Positions 54,160 through 63,673 are shown, counted from the stretch's first letter. The stretch is DNA of 64,000 nucleotides from an uncultured Gammaproteobacteria bacterium (GCA_963695315.1 OY968773.1:3924963-3988962); one strand, 5' to 3'. Translations and numbers: made by a program. Notes: generated by a model not told the origin, from the letters alone.

Positions 54160-55111
54160 AGTAAACGAACGCGCTGGAGAGATTGCCGTATTCGCGCAGC
54201 ATCGCGGCGCTGTAACGAAAGTTGCTGGCGTCTAGGCCGAATCGCTTCTCCAAGGAGAGCAATACGTCGCGGCCGCCCGCGTGCATGATCCAGGCGCTGA
54301 TCTGTGCAGCGGAAAGACCGGCGCGCCGCACGACGGCGTCAAATACGCGATACGCGTGTTCCGCCGCCAACGTCGGCACTACGCGCGTGAGGATATTGCG
54401 CAGCATGCCTTGACGCTGCTCAAACATGAGTGCATTTCGATTAGCCGGGTCGATCAGCGACTCGCTGTCTATCCACGCTATGCGGCGACCGCGCGGGCGC
54501 GGCGTGCGCGATAGCACAGCCGCGCCCGCGCCATCTCCAAACAAGCAGGCACTTACCAATACGCCCGGGTCGTTATCGAGGTACATCGCGGCACTACTGA
54601 CCTCTACGCAGATCGAGAGAATATTCTGACATTGGCCAGAGGCGAGCAATGCGCTCCCAAGGCGCATGTTGGGTAGTGCCGCGGCGCAGCCTTGTCCAAC
54701 AAGGTCGAGCGCCTGTATTCCGGGTTTGAGTCCCAGCGTCTCAATGACATAGCCAGAGAGCCCCGGACAAAGATAGCCCGTGCACGTGCTCACGATGACA
54801 GCATCGATGTCGCCGGCATTGACTTCGGCGGCGCTTAATGCGCGCTCACCGGCCTGTGCCGCGAGCGCCGGAGCGGAGGCAATAAACCGCTGGCGCAACG
54901 TATCCGGATCGATTTGGAAGACTTCTGAAAGTGAGTTTAGTGACAGATGCCGCGCTTCGATTCCGTTGTCGCGTTCCAAAACTGTTTGTGCAATGGCGCG
55001 TGCGCGTGCATCAAGACGGCCAAACCACTCAGAGTTCTGAAAGGCTTTCCAACAGTCCGCTTTGGTGTAACGCGCTGCCGGGGTTGCCGTTCCGATGCCA
55101 TTCACAAACAT
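54053..55111 (-). CDS. Type III polyketide synthase (chalcone/stilbene synthase superfamily)
   Basis: Catalytic Cys context VSTCTGYLCPG, His context WIMHAGGRDVL, Asn context EYGNLSSAFVYFVL, and C-terminal SFGAGFSCHGALL. Confidence 0.9.
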   Translation of the reverse strand: MFVNGIGTATPAARYTKADCWKAFQNSEWFGRLDARARAIAQTVLERDNGIEARHLSLNSLSEVFQIDPDTLRQRFIASAPALAAQAGERALSAAEVNAGDIDAVIVSTCTGYLCPGLSGYVIETLGLKPGIQALDLVGQGCAAALPNMRLGSALLASGQCQNILSICVEVSSAAMYLDNDPGVLVSACLFGDGAGAAVLSRTPRPRGRRIAWIDSESLIDPANRNALMFEQRQGMLRNILTRVVPTLAAEHAYRVFDAVVRRAGLSAAQISAWIMHAGGRDVLLSLEKRFGLDASNFRYSAAMLREYGNLSSAFVYFVLQAALADGAPGGWWWLSSFGAGFSCHGALLEVA

Positions 55112-55418
55112 CCGTGATATACGCCTAAGTGTTTTGATGTGTGACTTACCGAAGCGTCATCGGATGCGCCGTACGGACTGACGTGGAACAGGCAGCGGTG
55201 CTCCTGCCACGTTTCTATCGCCGCCATCGTAGAACTACTTCGGATCGGCCCGCACATGTCTGGCGGTGCTCACGCCGTTAGTACCCCAGTGTAACGCGGG
55301 CGGTTCAGTAGCCGGTGTAAGTTCAAACTGCCAGGACCCACCTCAGGCGTAAGCTGCTGCGCGCATTGAATATTTACGATACGAGTCAATAAAAAGCCTC
55401 TAGTAGGCACGCACAAGC

Positions 55419-55877
55419 TTAGCTCACAACAAGCTCGTAGACGTAGAACTCAGTGTCTCTTTTCCACCCGCACTTTTCGTATAGAGATTGAGCTGTCAGG
55501 TTGGTTCTTGCAGTCTCGAGGGTCAAATACCGAGCACCCTCTGAGCGAGCGTACCGCGCAGCGGCCTCAAGCAACAGGCGCCCCGTGCCGAGCTTTCTAG
55601 CGGCTACATCCACGTACAGATCACTCAGCACGAAGAGCCGTTTCATCCATAGCGAGGAAAAGGAAGGATAGAGCTGGGTGAACCCAATCGCTTTTCCTGC
55701 GTACCAGGCTATGAAGACAGTTGAGTCACGCTTCGCGAGCCGCTCGTGAACAAAGGAACGCGCGCCTGACATATCACTGGCATAGCGATAAAACTGCCGA
55801 TAGCCGTCGAACAAGGGCGTCAGGTGTTCCAGATCATCGAGCGAGGCGCTTTTAATCTCGATCAGGGGCTCTTGCAT
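55419..55877 (-). CDS. GNAT family N-acetyltransferase
   Basis: 152 aa. LYVDVAARKLGTGRLLLEAAARYARSEGARYLTLET (acetyl-CoA binding Q/RxxGxG/A-type motif). Confidence 0.8.
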   Translation of the reverse strand: MQEPLIEIKSASLDDLEHLTPLFDGYRQFYRYASDMSGARSFVHERLAKRDSTVFIAWYAGKAIGFTQLYPSFSSLWMKRLFVLSDLYVDVAARKLGTGRLLLEAAARYARSEGARYLTLETARTNLTAQSLYEKCGWKRDTEFYVYELVVS

Positions 55878-56115
55878 ATATGAGTTGCCGTGGGTATCGG
55901 AAGGAATTCGTGCAGCGGATTACCAAGCATAACCCTAGGCTTAAGGCTGACAGAGTCTTTCGTGCCCGGCCGCGATCCTCAAGTTAGCTGAGTCGCTCGC
56001 GGGTTGACGCTGCAAGTGATCGCGCAGGGGATTGTGGGCGCTGCAAAGGCGGAGGCGACTGGCGCGCTTATGCGCCCGCACTCGGCCGCGCGCCCATGCA
56101 CGCGGAGGGACTCGA

Positions 56116-56520
56116 TCAGGTCAACGGCGTGCAGGTGACCGTGCGCAGAGGCCAGTGTTTTCCGCTTCCTTCCTGGATCAGAAAGCAGTGCGGGCCGCTC
56201 TTCACCAACCGAAAATGCCGGGGTTGCCCGATCCGACGCCCATCGAGCGGAGCGCCGTCAGCAGTGCGAGGCTCAACCCGATCGATCGTTAACACGCTCT
56301 CGCGTGTCAGAACGTCATTAGCCAGCCTTACCGGGGCGCCGTGCAACGCTGCGCTGACCACCTGCTGCAACTCGGCGAGATCGCTCGCCGAAGGATTCAC
56401 GAGCAGCGCGGGCTGTTCCGATGCCGCCAGAGCCGCACACCCCGTCGTCACTACAGCCAGTCCAAAGAGGCTGCGCAACCGCGGGAATCTCAGCGATGCA
56501 TTATTCGGTTTTCCCGCCAC
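56116..56520 (-). CDS. Small exported protein of unknown function
   Basis: N-terminal RFPRLRSLFGLAVVTTGCAALAAS (signal peptide with a weak lipobox). It overlaps the 3' end of the S41 peptidase ORF by 31 nt. Confidence 0.45.
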   Translation of the reverse strand: MAGKPNNASLRFPRLRSLFGLAVVTTGCAALAASEQPALLVNPSASDLAELQQVVSAALHGAPVRLANDVLTRESVLTIDRVEPRTADGAPLDGRRIGQPRHFRLVKSGPHCFLIQEGSGKHWPLRTVTCTPLT

Positions 56521-58070
56521 AGCGCCCGATGCAGCATGAGCTGCGACTTAATGCTAGGTGCGGCCGCACTTCCGCTCGCCAGCGGACACCCGGGTGCGGA
56601 ACGATACGTCAGTGCTGCGGCGAGGCGCCCTTCGGATGGATCGCCTGGCGCATGCGTGAAATCGTCAGCTACGGAGCACCCCGGCAGGACCGCGCTTGTG
56701 GGGTTCAGCGAGTTCTGCGGTGAAAATCCGTCCGGATAGTTGCCGAAGCTCTTGGCATTGTCGCCCTGGAATTCGATGGAGAAATAGGTCGTGCCACAGT
56801 TGTCCTGCGGATAGAACCCATAAGGTTTGCCACAGGTGTTCGAGCCGATTTGAATCACCTGTACGTTTACCCCGTTCAGTCCATTGATGATGGATTCGCT
56901 CGCGGAGCAGGTTTCGACCCCTGTCAGCACGAACACGCGCGATAGGCCGAGGTAGGGCAGAGCGGTGCCCGCCGGAGGCGAAGTAGTAAACCCAAGGGAG
57001 ACACTGTGGAACGGCGTGGGTGTATTGGGCTCGTTGGTGACCGGATTGGTGGCCGAGTACTTGCTGTTGAAGGTCTCCTGCTCGAACGTCATGCCCGCGG
57101 TCGGACCCGGGCCGGCGATCATATAGGCGAGCTCGCTGGCGATGTCGAGGTAGCCGCCACCGTTATAGCGAATATCCAGTACAAGATCGGTTACCGCGGC
57201 CGATTTGAGTTGATTGATCGCATTGATGAGTTCCGGCTCGGATGTGGCGATGTGATCATTGAAGAGGATATAGCCCACCGGGCCGGTGGCGGTGGATAGC
57301 GTCGTAACCGTTGGCACTGGCGTTTCGGTCACGACAGCGGACTGCAGAGTAACGGTCAGAACGCTACTCGAATTTGGATCCTGCATCATGAACGTGTGCG
57401 ATTCGCCTGCCGTCGCTGGCGAGATGCCCGCATTGAGCGTGTCGACGCTCGTCTGATCATCCGCATTCACCGCGTCCACACCATCGATGGTAAGAACCTG
57501 CAAACCGCGCACCAGGTTTGCTGCGGCCGCCGCGCCTCCCGGCCAGACAAGAGCCACATACAATTGCCGCGGCGGAGTGCTGGCCTCTATATCCCACGTG
57601 AGTCCGTAGCCGATATCGGCTCCAGCCTGCGACATCTGCTCCCACTGCGCGGTCGGATAGGTGAAATGAAATCGATCCTTTGGCCTGCCAGTGGAAGTAG
57701 TCGCCGACGTCTTCAGCACAGCGAAATAGTCGGCCGTCGAACTGTAGTTGCCCGGATCCTGATCGGGCACCTCCGAGTACCACAGATACAACTCATTGGT
57801 CCAAGAGCGCAGCCAGTTGTTCTCGTCAAGCGTCGTGCCCTGAGTGTCCGGGTATGGCTTGCTGGTTTCAGGATCCGTGCCGGAGCGCGGATCCTGACAC
57901 TGCGCCGCGAAATCGGCGGACGGCTTGAAGACACCAGCAACCCATCCATCGCCTGTGCTAGTCGTTCCGGTGGAGCTGGTACCCGTTGAGGAACTGGACC
58001 CGCCTCCGCCGCCGCACGCTGTGAGGCCGCTCAAAATGACCAACCAAGCAAGACTCTTAACTGCCATCAT
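56490..58070 (-). CDS. S41 family peptidase lipoprotein
   Basis: MMAVKSLAWLVILSGLTAC lipobox, then a Gly/Ser/Thr linker. PDZ-like LQVLTIDGVDA. S41 core GYILFNDHI...DLVLDIRYNGGGYLDIASELA...VFVLTGVETCSASESIING. GAGGGG lies upstream of ATG 58070. Confidence 0.8.
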   Translation of the reverse strand: MMAVKSLAWLVILSGLTACGGGGGSSSSTGTSSTGTTSTGDGWVAGVFKPSADFAAQCQDPRSGTDPETSKPYPDTQGTTLDENNWLRSWTNELYLWYSEVPDQDPGNYSSTADYFAVLKTSATTSTGRPKDRFHFTYPTAQWEQMSQAGADIGYGLTWDIEASTPPRQLYVALVWPGGAAAAANLVRGLQVLTIDGVDAVNADDQTSVDTLNAGISPATAGESHTFMMQDPNSSSVLTVTLQSAVVTETPVPTVTTLSTATGPVGYILFNDHIATSEPELINAINQLKSAAVTDLVLDIRYNGGGYLDIASELAYMIAGPGPTAGMTFEQETFNSKYSATNPVTNEPNTPTPFHSVSLGFTTSPPAGTALPYLGLSRVFVLTGVETCSASESIINGLNGVNVQVIQIGSNTCGKPYGFYPQDNCGTTYFSIEFQGDNAKSFGNYPDGFSPQNSLNPTSAVLPGCSVADDFTHAPGDPSEGRLAAALTYRSAPGCPLASGSAAAPSIKSQLMLHRALWRENRIMHR

Positions 58071-58760
58071 CCTTGACCCCTCTGAATGGACCTTTGAGAC
58101 CTCACACCTTTCAATCTTACTGTAACTCAAAGAATGGTACTGTCCAATCGAAGCGGCGGTAAATTTGATGCGAGGCACACCGCTTACATGGCTTGTTTGA
58201 CGTCACATTGAGGTTCATGGCGGCTCGGGAGAAAATGTGCTCTGCCGGCCTTTAGGACGGTGTCCAAATATTGCATAGAGGTTGCGCGAGCACGCTTGCG
58301 GGCGGTCGGAAGCGGATAAGCGGTGATCGCTATGCGATCAGCACCGCACTCAACGTCACTTGATCTGGCACGTTTCGGTATTTGTGATCAGCGGAATGCG
58401 AAGGAGGACTCTACCCATGCTCGCAGCTCACGAGCTCGGCAACAAACCAAACACCGAGCACTATTGACCAAAGACAAAGATCGAGTAGGTCAGCTACTCC
58501 GACGTGCGTTTCATCGTAACCCTACTAACAAGAGATTAAACACCACGTGCGTTCGAACGAAACATCACCGAAGCCGTGAGGCGTCGCGTTTCCGGCCTGC
58601 GGAGGCTCACGACCCCGCCGTCTCACGGGCACGCATATGGTAGGATGCACGCCCGTCCCGGGGTGGATGCAGGTCGTAGACGAAAAGCCTTTAATTATCA
58701 GAGGCTTGAGAGCACGAATGCGCTTTGGGGCGACGAACAATTCAGCGCTTTCTTATCTGC

Positions 58761-58834
58761 GCGCCCGTAGCTCAGTTGGATAGAGTACCTGGCTACGAAC
58801 CAGGGGGTCGGGAGTTCGAATCTCTCCGGGCGCG
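58761..58834 (+). tRNA. tRNA-Arg (anticodon ACG), CCA not encoded
   Basis: GCGCCCGTAGCTCAGTTGGATAGAGTACCTGGCTACGAACCAGGGGGTCGGGAGTTCGAATCTCTCCGGGCGCG. The acceptor stem GCGCCCG/CGGGCGC pairs. Close to E. coli argQVYZ-type tRNA. Confidence 0.92.
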
Positions 58835-58861
58835 CTCTGAAATCAAATAGTTGCGCGACGC

Positions 58862-59966
58862 TCAATGCAGCGTCGGACTATTTGCTACCAAAATGCTACC
58901 ACCGGCGGCGATGATCACGTCGGCCACCTTCTCGCCGGCTTCATCCATTTGCTGGGGTAGGGCATCCGCGTAGACGTCGAGTGTAAAAGCCGCCGAGTGA
59001 TGGCCCGCAAGCATCTGAGCCACTTTCACGTTGACGCCCGCCTGCAGCATCGCTGTGACAAAAAAATGCCGCAGCATGTGAAAATTTCCCGATACGCGCG
59101 ATCGCTTCAGGAGCGGCGCCCACACGCGCGAGTGCCAATTGTGGTAGCGCAGCGGTGTTCCGCTTGGACCTGGGAAAACGAGTAGGCCGGGACTGCGCGC
59201 GCGATGCAGCGTGAGCTCTTTCAATAATTCCTTGGCGATGGGTACACGACGTCGACTGTTTACCGTTTTCAAGTTCGCCCAGCTCATGCGTAAACTGCTT
59301 CTCGACGTGAATCTCACTCTTCTCAAGGTCGACACAGCTCCATTCGAGCCCGGCCAATTCACCGATTCGCAGGCCCGTATGAGCCGCGGTTTGAATCAGG
59401 ACGCGTGTCGCATCATCGGCATGACAAGTCAGGATCGCCACTTCCGCGGCCGTAAAAGCACGCACTTTCACCCTGAATTTAGGCTTTCGCACCTCTCCGC
59501 ACGGATTGGCGGGGATCCATCTGAAACGACGCGCGTGCTTGCACAGAAAGCTCAACATCAAGAGTGAGTTGTGAACGGTGCGCGGTCCAACGCCGCCCGA
59601 GAGCATTTGTTGCCGCCACTGCGCGACTTCCTCTGTTCTGATCGTGGATAGCTTGCGTGCGGCCCACACGGGTTCAACGTGCACTCGCCAAGTGAGCCGA
59701 TAGATAGCCCTCGTCGCGAGGCGCAAAGGCACGCCGCCGCGATTGTCATCTCCTTCAACGCCTAGAGACCACCAACTCTCAAAGGCCTCTCGCACCGTGC
59801 GCTTGTTATTCGGTGGAACATACCGTCCGTTGCGGAGTGCCGTGACATGCTGCGCGAGCGCATCGATTGCGCCGCGCCGAGTCTCATGGGTCTCCCAATG
59901 TCGTCTGCCGGTACCGTCCCGATAGTCTGCCACCCATTTCCCGCGTCGCCTGCTCACAGTCGCCAT
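58862..59966 (-). pseudogene. Tyrosine recombinase / phage-type integrase, frame break in a T4/A4 run at about 59266..59269
   Basis: N-terminal part MATVSRRRGKWVADYRDGTGRRHWETHETRRGA...RIGELAGLEWSCVDLEKSEIHVEKQF is in ORF 58941..59981. The catalytic C-terminal part LKTVNSRRRVPIAKELL...FHMLRHFFVTAMLQAG...GHHSAAFTLDVYADA is in ORF 58862..59362. It lies 28 nt from the 3' end of tRNA-Arg. Confidence 0.85.
58883..58900 (+). repeat. Two TGCTACC heptamers 11 bp apart (inside the last codons of the integrase gene)
   Basis: TGCTACC at 58883..58889 and 58894..58900. GCTACCAAA is shared with the 60041..60049 copy. Confidence 0.5.
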
Positions 59967-60023
59967 AACTGTCTCCCGCACAGTTCACCGTTCGTAACAC
60001 AATGAATACACAAAGCAAAAATT

Positions 60024-60045
60024 GGGCTGCTACCGGGCTGCTACC
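60024..60045 (+). repeat. Perfect tandem duplication GGGCTGCTACC x2 upstream of the integrase start
   Basis: 60024..60034 and 60035..60045 are identical, in the same orientation and with the same 11-bp spacing as the 58883..58900 pair. Confidence 0.5.
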
Positions 60046-60150
60046 AAACCGCCTAAGCTGTGGCCACGGCCAACTTCTACTGTCTGCAGGTGGCAATGCC
60101 GAAGGAAATACTGACTCCGCGCCTTAGATGGTGTAGCGTATCCATTTTAC

Positions 60151-60164
60151 TGAAATGCGTTGCA
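60151..60164 (-). promoter_or_regulatory. LacI/GalR-type operator-like 14-mer (TGCAACGCATTTCA on the minus strand) upstream of the MFS gene
   Basis: The plus strand TGAAATGCGTTGCA is the exact reverse complement of 63837..63850. It lies about 77 nt upstream of the probable MFS start. Confidence 0.5.
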
Positions 60165-60240
60165 ATGTGGTCGCGACAAGGATGAATCGGCGTTCGCTGC
60201 GTGCAAAGCATCAGTTTCGAGAAGAAAGAGGCATCAGGCG

Positions 60241-61584
60241 GTGGTTGGAGGCTCCGTGGCACAATGGGGGCGGGGGCGCTCGCGCGGGTGGATATCACTG
60301 GTTCTCGTGCTGTCTTTCTGTCATGCGGTAGCAATTACCTGCACACAGATTCTCAATATTCTTGTTGACCCAATCAAAGCTGGACTTTCGCTTTCGGATA
60401 CGGAGTACAGTTTATTGCAGGGCTTGGCCGTTGCTGTCTTTGCGGCGGTGCTGGGTATTCCGGCGGGGCGTTTCGCTGACCGCGACAACCGACGTCTTGT
60501 CATTGCGATTGGCGTGGCCGTTTGGTCGGTCGCCTCAGCTGCTTGCGGGCTGACTCGCACATTTCAGCAGCTAATGGTGGCCCGAGCGTTTGTGGGTATT
60601 GGTGAAGTTCTCCTCTTTCCATCTGCGCTATCACTTATTGCAAGTGTCACGCCCGCCGGAATGTTGGCGCGCGGCATCGCTCTGTTTGGAATGGGCGGAC
60701 CCGTCGGTGCGGCAGTAGCTTTAATGGGCGGGGGTTGGCTTCTAGTGCATCGACCGCGCGTTGTGACTATGGTGCCGCTACTCAATCGCTATTCGACATG
60801 GCAGATCGCATTTTTTGCGTGCGGTGTTCTTGGCACACTAGCACTGATGTCCCTCCTATTGGTAAAGGAGCCTGCGAGAGCGGTGGCTTCCCAAGAGAAG
60901 AGGGAGACCGTCCCGGCCCTTCCGCGGGACATGCTAGGAAACCCTCGCGCGTTTGGCGGAACTATTTCAGCGATGTTGCTGTTATCGCTTGCGGTATTCG
61001 CAACCTCAGCGTGGGTGCCAACGTTTCTTGTGCGCGGGCAAGGGTTCACTTTCGAGAGCGCCGGTAGACTAACTGGGATGGCGGCACTTTCATGTGCGGC
61101 TGGCGGCGCCTGGCTTGCTGGCCTCTCTATTGACGCTATTGATAATCGGGGGCGCTCTGACGGCGTGGTTATTGTCACCATGGCAATTGCAGGGCTTCTC
61201 GGAACGCTGGCCTGGGCGATGTGCCTGGCGCACTCGCAATGGGTTGCCGAAGTCTGTGTATGTGCAGTTTACGGCATTCTGGCTATGCCGACTGTCTTGT
61301 GCGGGACGGCGCTCCAGCAGATCTCAAGAACCGGTAGCCGCGCGCAAATCATGGCGTTCTACATGGTGCTGCTCAACCTCTTTTCCCTCGGCTTCGGGCC
61401 GTCGGCAGTTGCTATACTGACCGATGATGTGTTCAAGAGTCCACAGTCGGTTGGATTCTCCATCGCCGTCGTAGATTCTCTGGCGGCGGGTCTGGCCATC
61501 ATTTGTCTCGTGCAAACGCGCCGCTCGTTCGCAAACCGGCATCGTGAGCTTATGGCGAAGGCGGCGTTGCATTGTGTTTCATGA
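60241..61584 (+). CDS. MFS transporter
   Basis: Twelve-TM-like profile. MFS motif A-like GIPAGRFADRDNRRLVIAIG. AAAGAGG lies 9 nt upstream of GTG 60241. The track ORF start (TTG 60160) lies inside the operator motif and is unlikely to be real. Confidence 0.8.
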   Translation: MVGGSVAQWGRGRSRGWISLVLVLSFCHAVAITCTQILNILVDPIKAGLSLSDTEYSLLQGLAVAVFAAVLGIPAGRFADRDNRRLVIAIGVAVWSVASAACGLTRTFQQLMVARAFVGIGEVLLFPSALSLIASVTPAGMLARGIALFGMGGPVGAAVALMGGGWLLVHRPRVVTMVPLLNRYSTWQIAFFACGVLGTLALMSLLLVKEPARAVASQEKRETVPALPRDMLGNPRAFGGTISAMLLLSLAVFATSAWVPTFLVRGQGFTFESAGRLTGMAALSCAAGGAWLAGLSIDAIDNRGRSDGVVIVTMAIAGLLGTLAWAMCLAHSQWVAEVCVCAVYGILAMPTVLCGTALQQISRTGSRAQIMAFYMVLLNLFSLGFGPSAVAILTDDVFKSPQSVGFSIAVVDSLAAGLAIICLVQTRRSFANRHRELMAKAALHCVS

Positions 61585-61691
61585 AACTGCGTGCAACACT
61601 AGCATCGCATTTACAGAAGGCTTGAACACGGGTGAATCTGCCCCGAAGTCGAAAGAGACAAGTTCGCGCCGGCGGCAGCGGCTCGAAAACC

Positions 61692-62669
61692 ATGGACGAC
61701 ATCGCGCGGCTTGCGAAGGTGTCGAAGCCCACTGTATCGAGGGCTCTGCAAGGAAGCCCTCTCGTAAATGCTGCTACTCGTGCACACGTACTGGCGATCG
61801 CTCGAAAGCACAGTTACTCGGTTAATCGCAATGCGCAAAAGCTGCGCACAAAGCGCACGAACACGATCGCTGTGGTGCTACATCTACCACCGCATCAGAG
61901 TCGAGGCGTGGCAGCACCATTCATTTTCCAGCTTCTAGCGGATGTGCTGAGGGGCCTTTCTATCCGCCGTCAAGACTTGCTGCTGTGCTCGCCAGAAGCA
62001 GACGCCGTGTACTCATATCAAACGATGCTTGCATCGAAGGGTGCAGACGGAATTATTTTTCTCGGACAGGGGGCAGGAGACAAGTGGCTTAGAGACTTGG
62101 CGCGCACCAACGCGCCCTTCGTTGTCTGGGGCGCCGTGGATGAGAATGGTCCCTATTGCGCGGTGGGCAGCGATAACGAGCGCGGCGGGATGCTGGCAGG
62201 GCAACGGTTTGCCCAGTTGGGTCGTAAGAACATTCTCTTCGTCGCCAATCGCGCTCACCCAGAAATGGAACATAGGCGGCGCGGGCTGACGTCGAGCCTC
62301 ACCACAGGCATGACGGTGTCTGATCTTGAAATTCCCGATTTTACCTATGAGACGGGCTACAGCGCGATGCAAGACTATCTGAGAAAGACCGGTCAGCCCG
62401 CGGACGCCGTGTTTGCGGCCAGCGATACGATCGCTATGGCTATGGTCACCGCGCTCCGAGATGTTCAATTGGCTGTGCCTGCCGATGTCTCAGTGATTGG
62501 CTACAACGATATGCCTATTGCCGCGCATTTCTTCCCTCCGCTGACGACAATTCGTCAGGACACACAGGAGGCGGGAAGTCTGCTCGTGGAAAAGTTGTTT
62601 CAGATACTGGACGGTGCAAAGCCCAAATCCGCGAAACTTCCCACCGAGCTTGTCGTGAGGCAAACCTAG
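61692..62669 (+). CDS. LacI family transcriptional regulator
   Basis: HTH MDDIARLAKVSKPTVSRALQGSPLVNAATRAHVLAIARKHSYSVN, followed by a periplasmic-binding-protein-like core (SVIGYNDMPIAAHFFPPLTTIRQD). Confidence 0.85.
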   Translation: MDDIARLAKVSKPTVSRALQGSPLVNAATRAHVLAIARKHSYSVNRNAQKLRTKRTNTIAVVLHLPPHQSRGVAAPFIFQLLADVLRGLSIRRQDLLLCSPEADAVYSYQTMLASKGADGIIFLGQGAGDKWLRDLARTNAPFVVWGAVDENGPYCAVGSDNERGGMLAGQRFAQLGRKNILFVANRAHPEMEHRRRGLTSSLTTGMTVSDLEIPDFTYETGYSAMQDYLRKTGQPADAVFAASDTIAMAMVTALRDVQLAVPADVSVIGYNDMPIAAHFFPPLTTIRQDTQEAGSLLVEKLFQILDGAKPKSAKLPTELVVRQT

Positions 62670-62675
62670 ACATTT

Positions 62676-63629
62676 CTATTGAAGCAGGTGCTTCTTAAAG
62701 AATTCCGCCATCACTTCAAATGCTTCGTCACACTCCGGAATGTCGAGGTAGCACCAATGCGCGTGCGGCATCGCCTCGAATACAACCAACCGTGCATCTA
62801 TTTTGGCCCGCAGGAGAGCCTGATGAAAGATGACCGTCTGGCTCAACATGAAATCCCGTGTGCCACTGATGCATAGCGTGGGCGGAAAGTCCGTCAAGTC
62901 CATATAGAGCGGTGAGACCCGCGGATCGGCTTTGTCACATCCTTGAATGTAAGGCTCAACGATTTCCGCGAGCGGGCGGCGATCATCCATCGGTGCTAGG
63001 AAGTACTCTGAATCGCCGGCGCGACTGAGATCCGCAGAGCCCGAGAAGAACCCCAAGGCGCGTGGATACGGCGCTTGCGCGTCCTTTAGTCGCGCCAGCA
63101 ACTGCACGCTAAGAACGGCTCCCGCTGAGGTTCCATATATGCCGATTTGCTGTGGACGATGTTTCTCGAGGAGCGCACTGTAAACCGCTTGCGCGTCGTC
63201 GACGGCAAGCGGGTATTCGTGCTCAGGGGCAAGGCGATACAGCGCACTAACGACCGGGATTCCGCTTAAAAAGGCCAAAGGTATATTTTCTGTTATCGAG
63301 CCCGAATCGACAATAAATCCGCCCCCATGGAGATTGAGCAGTACGCATCCCCGGTATTTGGAGGACGCGTTCTGAGGTGTAAAGATTCGAACAGGAACGT
63401 CGCCCATTCGGGTCTGTTTAACGCGTACCGCATACCGCTCGAGTTGGCGCGCGCCTAGATTCTCCTGCATCTCATCGCAACTTGCTCGATGAGAGGCGAG
63501 ATCTGCAGGACGAGGTGCCGCAGGCTTTGCAAGCTGCCGCTGAGCGGCTTGACTAATCGTTGTCGGCACGGGCGCTGTCCGCAATGATCGGCTGTCCGTG
63601 TTCGTAATCTGGCCGTATGGATTGCGCAT
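62676..63629 (-). CDS. Alpha/beta hydrolase fold-3 esterase/lipase (HSL-like)
   Basis: Oxyanion motif HGGGF, nucleophile elbow GTSAGA, later D and H (RDFML, MPHAHW). GAGGGG lies upstream of ATG 63629. Confidence 0.8.
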   Translation of the reverse strand: MRNPYGQITNTDSRSLRTAPVPTTISQAAQRQLAKPAAPRPADLASHRASCDEMQENLGARQLERYAVRVKQTRMGDVPVRIFTPQNASSKYRGCVLLNLHGGGFIVDSGSITENIPLAFLSGIPVVSALYRLAPEHEYPLAVDDAQAVYSALLEKHRPQQIGIYGTSAGAVLSVQLLARLKDAQAPYPRALGFFSGSADLSRAGDSEYFLAPMDDRRPLAEIVEPYIQGCDKADPRVSPLYMDLTDFPPTLCISGTRDFMLSQTVIFHQALLRAKIDARLVVFEAMPHAHWCYLDIPECDEAFEVMAEFFKKHLLQ

Positions 63630-63659
63630 TCAGGCCCCTCTAGAACACTCGTTAACTAC

Positions 63660-63673
63660 TGCAACGCATTGCA
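63660..63673 (+). promoter_or_regulatory. Operator-like 14-mer TGCAACGCATTGCA (13/14 identical to the other two copies)
   Basis: 31 nt upstream of the esterase ATG, in the divergent intergenic region. Arms TGCAA/TTGCA. Confidence 0.45.

Noticed and set aside
55419-55877. GNAT acetyltransferase as a possible GNAT-type toxin of a toxin-antitoxin pair.
   Set aside because: There is no small RHH/DUF1778-like ORF upstream (55878..56115 has no plausible coding frame). The sequence looks like an ordinary metabolic GNAT.
58417-58467. A 16-codon ORF (MLAAHELGNKPNTEHY) with a perfect AAGGAGG 9 nt upstream, in the 580-bp gene-free region before tRNA-Arg.
   Set aside because: It is too short to evaluate, has no attenuator-like structure or biased codon run, and lies next to no regulated operon. 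The nearby 106-aa ORF 58323..58643 also has a non-protein-like Arg/Ser/His-rich translation.
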